Assembly (NCBI RefSeq): GCF_009914755.1
Contig: NC_060931.1
Origin: the human T2T-CHM13v2.0 reference genome, Homo sapiens
Length of the DNA stretch: 64,000 nt
Reading direction: 5' to 3' (one strand)
Of the stretch, positions 54,833 through 64,000 are shown one piece after another. The notes below the pieces were generated by a model. That model worked only from the letters and a program-made list of their open reading frames with translations, made no database searches and was not told where the DNA came from. Each line of letters begins with the position of its first letter. Position 1 is the first letter of the stretch. A program made the translations under genes and the position numbers.

Positions 54833-55526
54833 GTGGACATCTTCCCATGTGCATAGAGAGGACGGGTGGCCACTGGGCGAGATTGCACTGGGGAATGGGG
54901 CTTGTGGACATCTTCCCGTGTGCATAGAGAGGACGGGTGGCTGCTGGGTGGGATTGTACTGGGGAATGGGGGGGCCCTATGGATATCTTCCAGTGTGCAT
55001 AGAGAGAATGGGTGACTGCTGGGTGAGATTGCACTGGGGAATGGGGCCCGTGGACATCTTCCTGTGTGCATAGAGAGGACGGGTGACTGCTGGGTGGGAT
55101 TGTACTGGGGAATGGGGGGGCGCTATGGATATCTTCCCGTGTGCATAGAGAGAATGGGTGGCTGCTGGGTGAGATTGCACTGGGGAATGGGGCTTGTGGA
55201 CATCTTCCCGTGTGCATAGAGAGGACGGGTAGCTGCTGGGTGGGATTGTACTGGGGAATGGGGGGGCCCTATGGATATCTTCCAGTGTGCATAGAGAGAA
55301 TGGGTGGCTGCTGGGTGAGATTGCACTGGGGAATGGGGCCCGTGGACATCTTCCCGTGTGCATAGCGAGGACGGGTGGCTGCTGGGTGGGATTGTACTGG
55401 GGAATGGGGGGGCCCTATGGATATCTTCCAGTGTGCATAGAGAGAATGGGTGGCTGCTGGGTGGGATTGCACTGGGGAATGGGGCCCGTGGACATCTTCC
55501 TGTGTGCATAGCGAGGACGGGTGGCC
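54833..55526. repeat. G-rich minisatellite with 146-bp higher-order unit (75+71 bp), ~9.5 monomers, FAM20C intron 2
   Basis: Monomer starts at 54833, 54904, 54979, 55050, 55125, 55196, 55271, 55342, 55417, 55488, alternating GTGGACATC / ATGGATATC. Confidence 0.97.
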
Positions 55527-57229
55527 ATTAGAGCAGTGCAGACGGGACCTGTTTCCAGAAGAAGGACTGAACTGACCAGATTTGCATGATATGTTTTTAT
55601 TGCACTGGGAATTGGGGCCTAGAGGCCCACTGGGGTTTGATTGTGCTGTTGGTTTCATGATGGCCTGGATTTCAGGGGAGGGGCAGGTGTAGAGGGAGAT
55701 GGAGGGAAGGTGGTAGGTGGGAGAGGGCTTAGCAGGTGAGTCTCTGAGACTTGTCCACGGTGTGGGGTGACTTTGGGGTCTGTGCCAGGATGCCCCCGCC
55801 TCAGCCGGCTTCATGGGCATCAGAGGGATCAGCTCTCAGTGGGTCCCTCCCCAGGCTGGGGTTGGGCAGGCTCTGACTGACCCCTGTCCACTGGAGGCAC
55901 GGGAGGCTGCATCTGGGAGGGCGTCTCCGTCAGTCCCGTCCCCAGGACCTGTGCCCACACGCCTGGGCTTCTCCCACCAATGAGGTGAGCTTCCCAAGCA
56001 TCGTGAACTTTGGTCTATCTTCAAGAAAACCCAAAATTGCACCTTTTTTTCAAGGCCTGGCCTGTGTCCTGGCTCTGCCACCTGCTGGCCCCTTCCTGGG
56101 TGGGAGGGCAGGGGTGACCCGATCAGTGACAGGAGGGTGGGCGTCTGTACCTCCCACCCATCCCGATGAGCACCGAAGGCCTGAGACGCAGGGCAGCTTG
56201 TGTGTCGGTCTTTGCAAGGAGACTGTATCTGATTTTAGAGCAGAATTCCAAATGTCTTTCAGCAGAAGACCCACTTGGTAGACTGAGTGGTGGGCCCACG
56301 GTCCACAGGAAGCCGAGTCCTCAGTCGCTGTGAGATCTTCATGCCTTTAATTTCTAATTGTTTATTTGCTCCATGGGGAGGAGCTGGCCTCACAGCTGAG
56401 CACAGGGGCCAGGAAGATAGGACCTGCTTCCAGACGAAGAAGGACTGAACTGACCAGATTTGGATAATATGTTGTTATTTTACAAACCGGGATTACAAGC
56501 CCTGGAAGGAGCTGATGAGCTGTCGCACCTGAGCCAGGAAGGAACTGTTAAATCCTGTGACCCCAGTTACTAATGGAAATGGGGGCATCAAATGGGGCTT
56601 AATCCGGCTACTAATTTTCTCATCGTCACTTCGTTATTATCTTACTAAAAAATGTAGTCACTATTCATTGCAGAAACTTAGAAAGCACAGTTAAGGAAAA
56701 AACAGAAAACTAAAGTCAACCACGGTTTTACTTTTGGGAGAAAACTACCAAGCTTCAGGCGCCCATCCGTGCATCCCAGGTTAAAAATCCGTGCAGTGTA
56801 TTCAGAAGAAAATGGTTATGGCGTCTAAGTTTTTAATAGGCTGCTTTGCTTACTGGTAAAATCATACGCTGTTTGCTGTCATTGAAAACCCCCCGGTACC
56901 CGGTGAGAAGCCGGGATGGAGCCCGTTTACGGAGCCTCGAGCTGCTGGCCCGCCTGAGGCTGGCGTTCAGGTTCTGTGCAGTGTTTTGGAGAGAAATGAG
57001 ATTCGTTGCTGCTTCCTTCACCTGAGGAGGGCACGGCCTCTGAGAGTTTCACCAGCAGACCTGACTGCGCAGTGGTCCAGGGCACTGAGCCCAGCCCCAG
57101 TCTTGACCATGGCCTGTCAAACGTGGTTCCTGACAGGGTAGTGGCTGGAGCAGACGCTGCCTGGAGGGAATGGGCACGTGACCCGGGGTGTGAGCTGTGA
57201 GCTCAGGGGCAGCAAGAGCCATCAGAAAT

Positions 57230-57655
57230 GGGGAGGGCACGTGGCGCTTGAGTGGCCATCGCTGTGGAGAGCCCCCACACTGCGGCTGTTCTCAGCACTC
57301 AGGGAAGAGACACGGCACTCGCGTGGCCTTTGCCGTGGTGAGCGCCCACACTGCCGCTGTTCTCAGTGTTCAGGGAGGGGAAGTGGCACCTGTGTGGCCC
57401 TGGCCATGGTGAGTCCCCACATTGCCACTGTTCTCTGTGCTCAGGGAGGGAATGTGGCACTCGTGTGGCCTTCGCTGTGCTGTGTCCCCACACTGCCGCT
57501 GTTCTCAGTGTTCAGGGAGGGGAAGTGGCACCTGTGTGGCTCTGGCCATGGTGAGTCCCCACACTGCCGCTGTTCTCGGTGCTCGGGGAGGGGACGTGGC
57601 ACTCTTGTGGCCCTTGCCGTGGTGAGCCCCCACGCCACTGCTGTCCTGAGCACTC
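57230..57655. repeat. 71-bp diverged minisatellite (~6 copies), FAM20C intron 2
   Basis: C[A/G]GGGA recurs at 57300, 57371, 57442, 57513, 57584; CCCACACTGCCGCTGTTCTC repeated. Confidence 0.93.
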
Positions 57656-57817
57656 ACAGCATTGCCCCCATGTAGTCCTAAGGGTGGTCCTGGATGAGGC
57701 GTGTCACCCCCATTCTGCAGGAGCAGCCGAGTTTCTGGCAGGTCACATGAGGCACCACCGTACTCACCAGGACCCTGGAAAGGAGGCGGGACAGGCGTCC
57801 ACGTCCTGAGCCCCATT

Positions 57818-58989
57818 GTTTTCTAGAAACAGGGTCTCTGTTGCCCAGGCTGGTCTTGAGCCCCTGGCCTCAAGCAGTCTTCCCACAGCCTCCCGAGTAG
57901 CTGGGACCACGGACACGCACCGCCACGACGTCAGCCTCCCGAGTAGCCGGGACCACGGACACGCACCACCACGACGTCAGCCCCCCGAGTAGCCGGGACC
58001 ACGGACACGCACCGCCACGACGTCAGCCCCCCGAGTAGCCGGGACCACGGACACGCACCGCCACGACGTCAGCCCCCCGAGTAGCCGGGACCACGGACAC
58101 GCACCGCCACGACGTCAGCCCCCCGAGTAGCCGGGACCACGGACACGCACCGCCACGACGTCAGCCCCCCGAGTAGCCGGGACCACGGACACGCACCGCC
58201 ACGACGTCAGCCCCCCGAGTAGCCGGGACCACGGACACGCACCGCCACGACGTCAGCCCCCCGAGTAGCCGGGACCACGGACACGCACCGCCACGACGTC
58301 AGCCCCCCGAGTAGCCGGGACCACGGACACGCACCGCCACGACGTCAGCCCCCCGAGTAGCCGGGACCACGGACACGCACCGCCACGACGTCAGCCTCCC
58401 GAGTAGCCGGGACCACGGACACGCACCGCCACGACGTCAGCCCCCCGAGTAGCCGGGACCACGGACACGCACCGCCACGACGTCAGCCCCCCGAGTAGCC
58501 GGGACCACGGACACGCACCGCCACGACGTCAGCCCCCCGAGTAGCCGGGACCACGGACACGCACCGCCACGACGTCAGCCCCCCGAGTAGCCGGGACCAC
58601 GGACACGCACCGCCACGACGTCAGCCCCCCGAGTAGCCGGGACCACGGACACGCACCGCCACGACGTCAGCCCCCCGAGTAGCCGGGACCACGGACACGC
58701 ACCGCCACGACGTCAGCCCCCCGAGTAGCCGGGACCACGGACACGCACCGCCACGACGTCAGCCCCCCGAGTAGCCGGGACCACGGACACGCACCGCCAC
58801 GACGTCAGCCTCTGAGTAGCTGGGACCACGGACACACACCACCACACCAGTTAATTTTTTAATTTTTTGGTAGAGATGGGGTCTTGCTATGTTGCCCAGG
58901 CTGGTCTCAAACACTCGGCCTCGAGCAAGCCTCCTGCCTCAGCCTCCAAAAGTGCTGGGATTTCAGGCATGAGCCGCCGCACTCGGGCA
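57818..58989 (-). mobile_element. AluJ-type element expanded internally by a 46-bp minisatellite
   Basis: Alu arm 57818-57930, array, then TAATTTTTT linker and left arm 58850-58989. Imperfect TSD CTG[A/G]GCCCCATT at 57806-57817 and 58990-59001. Confidence 0.9.
57885..58850. repeat. 46-bp Alu-derived CpG-rich minisatellite (21 copies)
   Basis: Unit TCAGCCCCCCGAGTAGCCGGGACCACGGACACGCACCGCCACGACG, starting at 57885, 57931 ... 58805. Confidence 0.98.
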
Positions 58990-59899
58990 CTGGGCCCCAT
59001 TTAACAGGAGGGGAGGGGCGGGAGGTGCAGACCCCTCAGAGACACCGCAGGAGGCCGAGCACACTGCCCTGAGGTCGCGTCGGAGCCCGTCGACGGTTTC
59101 TGTGGCTGCGCCGGGCTTGGGATCCATCTCCCTCCTGCCTGGGGCCAGTACCAGCTCCTCCCTTGTGCCCAAGTGAAGCCCTGTGGATGGTGGGGACTCT
59201 GCTTTCTCGTCTGCGCCCTCCCCCGTGCTCCTGGCCTTCCTGGAGGATTCAGTGTCCTCGGGAAGCATCCACGGCACCCCCAGGCCCCCCACGAAGCCCG
59301 CTGTCCTCACGCTGACCCTCCCTCCCAGCCAGCCGCCACCTGAGACCTCGGTTCCTCTGGGTCAGTTCTTCCCGTCTGAAGGGAGTATCCTGAGCTTTCT
59401 TCCACCAAACCTACAAACCCATCTGCAGGCAGCTCCCCCATCCCGCCATCTCCTGCAGGGCTGGGCCCTCCCCGAGCTCCACGCCCTCAGCACACGCGCG
59501 TGCCCTCCAGCCACGTGGAGGAGCCGTGAGGTCCCTGGAGCGTCTCCGTCATCCCAGGCTGGCTGGGTTCCGTCTTCCTTCCATGACATTCCCTCTCTGG
59601 CCGTCCCCCTGCTCCACATCCCACGTCACTCCACCAGATACCTCTCAGATCCTCAGATATTTCTTGGATTTTTCCATTTTTCCATCTTCCTCCAAACCAC
59701 CACCGTCTCCTGCAGCTGCCGCAGCCCCAGCCTCTCCCACCTCCAGTGTCCACCGTTGGCTCCAGGGCAGCAACAGCAGCCAGGGACAATCTGTGTGGGG
59801 CCCTCATGCCCTGCTGCCCCACGCTGGCCGCCCTTCCCTTTCCCTGGGACCCCCTGAGACCTGCTGGCTCACCAGCCCCCATCCCACCTTTGCACCCTC

Positions 59900-61302
59900 C
59901 CGTGCACTGTGATGCGTTGGCCCTGGTCCCCTCGGCCCTGCACACGTGTCCACTGTGACGCATCTGTCATGGTCCCCTCGGCCCCGCACACGTGCTCACT
60001 GTCCACTGTGACGTGTCTGTCATGGTCCCCTCGGCCCCGCACACGTGTCCACTGTGACGCATCGGTCACTGTCCCCTCGGCCCCGCACACGTGCTCACTG
60101 TCCACTGTGACGCGTCTGTCATGGTCCCCTCGGCCCTGCACACGTGTCCACTGTGACGCATCTGTCATGGTCCCCTCGGCCCCGCACACGTGCTCACTGT
60201 CCACTGTGACGCGTCTGTCATGGTCCCCTCGGCCCTGCACACGTGTCCACTGTGACGCGTCGGTCACTGTCCCCTCGGCCCCGCACACGTGCTCACTGTC
60301 CACTGTGACGTGTCTGTCATGGTCCCCTCGGCCCTGCACACGTGTCCACTGTGACGCGTCGGTCACTGTCCCCTCGGCCCCGCACACGTGCTCACTGTCC
60401 ACTGTGACGTGTCTGTCATGGTCCCCTCGGCCCTGCACACGTGTCCACTGTGACGCGTCTGTCATGGTCCCCTCGGCCCTGCACACGTGTCCACTGTGAC
60501 GCATCTGTCATGGTCCCCTCGGCCCCGCACACGTGCTCACTGTCCACTGTGACGTGTCTGTCATGGTCCCCTCGGCCCTGCACACGTGTCCACTGTGATG
60601 CGTCGGTCACTGTCCCCTCGGCCCTGCACACGTGTCCACTGTGACGCATCGGTCACTGTCCCCTCGGCCCCGCACACGTATCCACTGTGACGTGTCTGTC
60701 ATGGTCCCCTCGGCCCCGCACACGTGCTCACTGTCCACTGTGACGTGTCTGTCATGGTCCCCTCGGCCCCGCACACGTGCTCACTGTCCACTGTGACGTG
60801 TCTGTCATGGTCCCCTCGGCCCCGCACACGTGTCCACTGTGACGCGTCGGTCACTGTCCCCTCGGCCCTGCACACGTGTCCACTGTGACGCGTCGGTCAC
60901 TGTCCCCTCGGCCCCGCACACGTATCCACTGTGAGGCGTCTGTCATGGTCCCCTCGGCCCTGCACACGTATCCACTGTGAGGCGTCGGTCACTGTCCCCT
61001 CGGCCCCGCACACGTATCCACTGTGACGCGTCTGTCATGGTCCCCTCGGCCCCGCACACGTATCCACTGTGACGCGTCGGTCACTGCCCCCTCGGCCCCG
61101 CACACGTATCCACTGTGAGGCGTCGGTCACTGTCCCCTCGGCCCTGCACACGTGTCCACTGTGACGTGTCTGTCATGGCCCCCTCGGCCCTGCACACGTG
61201 TCCACTGTGACGCGTCGGTCACTGTCCCCTCGGCCCCGCACACGTATCCACTGTGAGGCGTCGGTCACGGTCCCCTCGGCCCCGCACACGTGCTCACTGT
61301 CT
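59900..61302. repeat. 46/53-bp minisatellite (~29 copies), FAM20C intron 2
   Basis: CCCCTCGGCCC counted 29 times between ~59926 and ~61270; 53-bp units carry an extra TGCTCAC. Confidence 0.98.
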
Positions 61303-62039
61303 CCTTCAGGGCCCGAGTTTGCTCTGCTTCCTCTGCTGGGTCGTGCCGTCCTCTGTGGGGCCGGGGCCAGCCCTGCCCCTCGCTCCGAGAGCAGCTCAAA
61401 TGTTAGCTCCCTAGGGAGGCTGCTCCTGAGCTGCGCCCAGGGCCCCCGCCCCGCTTCCCTCTTCCCCTTTGCACCGGAGCAGTCGCATATGCCACCCCAC
61501 CACGTTCCATTTACGTCTGTGCCGGCAGGGATGCCCGGCTCTTGTTCGGGCCCGTGATGTTGACGTGTGACCAGTCCCTGGTGTGGCCCCGTGAGGCCCC
61601 CTCACACCAGACAATCCCCCGCGTGGCCCGGACCTACCGGTCCACAGCGCGTGACAATCTCCCATCTCGGGCGACCTGGAGGCCCTCGCTGTGGCCAGCT
61701 TAGCTCCCGGGGCTGCCCCAGGCCGAGGCCAGCCCCTTCCCTGCTGTGGGAACCCCCCGGAGCCCCCTTCCTTCTCCACCAGCAAAAAGGAAATCCCGAG
61801 GTGGTGGGAGGAGGGTCCCATTGGGAGTTCTTGAGCCTCCTGGTGGCCAAAGCTGGAAGGAGGCTACTGGAGGCTTCCACACCCCAGCGAGTCCTTGCGG
61901 AGCGGCGGGAGCTGCCTCGCATGAGACAGGTGCTTTCAGCCCCAGGTCTCCCCAAAGTCACCCTGCTCAGGTTGCTTGTAGCTCCCCAGAAACGCGGGCG
62001 GGAGGTGCCACTCCCCGTTCTTAGGCAGGGGCAGGGGGG

Positions 62040-62395
62040 TGCGTGGGTGTGTGTGGTCGTGCAGGGGTATGTAGGGGTGTGTCGGGGGGTGTCTGTGGGT
62101 GTGTAAATGTAGGTTGGTGTTTGTTGGTGTGTAGGTGTGTGCTGATGTGAGTGGGTGTTTGAGGTGTTGCCTGCAGGTAAGCACACCTGGCCGTCCCGTC
62201 GAGATTAGGCCCTTGTGTCTGTGGGTGTGTAGGTGTGTGTTGTGTGTAGTGTAGGGTGTGGTGTGTGTAGGTGTGTATGGGTATGTACATGACTGTGTGT
62301 GGGGTGTGTGCTGATGTGTGTGGGTGTATACGTGTGTGTCCAGGTAAGCACACCTGGCCGTCCCTTCTAGGGGTCAGGCCCTTGGGTCTGTGGTC
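62040..62395. repeat. TG-rich low-complexity region with an internal ~55-bp duplication
   Basis: CAGGTAAGCACACCTGGCCGTCCC...AGGCCCTTG.GTCTGTGG at 62174 and 62341. Confidence 0.85.
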
Positions 62396-62577
62396 AGCAT
62401 GGAGAGATCTACCCCAGTACTCAACCCTGAATATCAGGCAGAGAATCCATCAGCCAGGCGAGAGCTTCACTGCAGAAAACTCAAACTTCCCAGGCAGAGT
62501 GGGACCCCTGGACCATGCCCAGAGGACCCGGATTGCAGCCAAGAGCCCTCGTCCGCACAGGAGAAGAAGGGGCGTGA

Positions 62578-62697
<120 letters not shown>

Positions 62698-64000
62698 TAA
62701 GTGCCGAGGCCTGTGGGCTGGGGCGTGAGGAGCTGGAGCTGCAGGCGAGCAGGCGCCGGGCTTCTGCTGGGGATGGCCGTGTCTCCTCCCAGGGTGTTTT
62801 GGGGAGACTGTGGGTGACCACTCTCAACTCTCCCCGTCATGGCAAACGAGCAACAGAGGTGGCCTCATTTTCTCTCCTCTCCCACGGCCTCCCCACCTCC
62901 TCCCTTTTTATAGGACGGAAAACCTACTGCTGGTTATTCTTACCCTGTGAGAATGAGCATTTGTATTTTAAACAAGTAACCTGGAATGTGAACACCAAAG
63001 AATGCCTCTCTGGAAGAGGTGACGTCCGCACCTTCCCAGCAGGCCTCCGGAGCCCGCACACCTTTGCTACAAAGGGCCGGACGCAGCTATTTCAGGCTTT
63101 GCAGGTGTATGGTCTCTCCCTACTATTCAGCGGGTGGTCCTAGCCCCAAAGCAGCCAGACGCAGTACGTGGTGATGGGGGAGGCTGAGTTCTAATAAGTC
63201 TTCATTTATGCAACAAAATGGGCTGGATGTGGTCCAGTGGACAGTGTGCCCTGATCTGGATAAAATAGAAACTGTGTCAGTCACCAAAACCGATAACACA
63301 GCGCTCCGTGGCACGCGACAGCTCGTGGTGAGGGGTGTGTGGACACCTGGCCACCCCAGGAAGGCTGCTGGGCTGGGTGGGGTCTGTGGCAGGCGTCCCA
63401 CAGGAAGGGGCCAGCGGCCTGTCAGCTCACTAGATCTTGGCCATCTGGCCTGATTTCCAACTTTCTAGAGAAGCCAGAAATATGGATTTTTTTTTCCTGT
63501 TTTAATCTTGGTGGTAACTAATTCAGAAGCTCTTCATATACTTTGCAGGTAAAACAAAATATAGCTGCCTGCTTGCAAGTTGTGGCTGGAGGCAGATGTT
63601 TGCAGCTGGGCTCGGTTTCTGGGCCTCTCATTTCTCTGGACAGATGTCCTGGAGGGACTCGACCGAGGGAGGTGGCCCTGCCCCGGTCTTCCCCCAAGAC
63701 CCACGAGTCCTGCCTCAGACCCGGGGCTGCCGGGAGCCGGTGGATGAGTCACAGCCCCGTGCCTGAGCCCGGGCCGAGGGCATCCCCGCTCACACGCTCA
63801 CACAGGGCCGGGGAGCAGCCGTTCACCAAAATTACACGGAGGCCATCAGAGCTCAGGGCCTGGGGCTGAGGGCTGCTACCAGGGGTGGGATGAACGCACG
63901 GGAGCTGATCCGCTGCCCCCACGGGTCTCACGGCCCAGCCCTGCGGGGGGCCTGAGATCACAAGCACTTCCTTCCCCGTTTCTGTGCGTGGATGTGAAAC

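Noticed and set aside
57885-61302. Regular repeat arrays superficially like CRISPR arrays
   Set aside because: Head-to-tail units without unique spacers, no cas genes, eukaryotic intronic context.

Overview
GC-rich, repeat-dense primate DNA, apparently the human chr7p22.3 subtelomeric region. It holds the 5' part of FAM20C (Golgi casein kinase; Raine syndrome gene) on the + strand. Coding exons 1-3 lie at 45867-46471, 48221-48399 and 62618-62696, with canonical GT-AG junctions and one continuous frame through the N-lobe residues Q269, K271 and K285; the gene continues past the window. Upstream are a second CpG island (~1.65-3.0 kb) rich in NRF1-type motifs that probably drives non-coding transcripts, ERV1/MaLR/Alu/MIR/L1/L2/MER58 relics, a short (TTAGGG)5 tract and about ten minisatellites. 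Nearly all other ORFs in the track are artefacts of GC content or tandem repeats. I see no wholly new gene system. The best leads are regulatory: (i) four upstream AUGs in the FAM20C leader; (ii) intron-2 minisatellites that multiply motifs (an Alu-born CpG/CRE-like array, an E-box/HRE array, and a 71-bp repeat carrying in-frame 42-nt cryptic micro-exons); (iii) duplicated strong splice donors in UG-rich sequence just upstream of exon 3, which opens on an in-frame AUG. Repeat family names come from recognising consensus motifs by eye, not from a database search.
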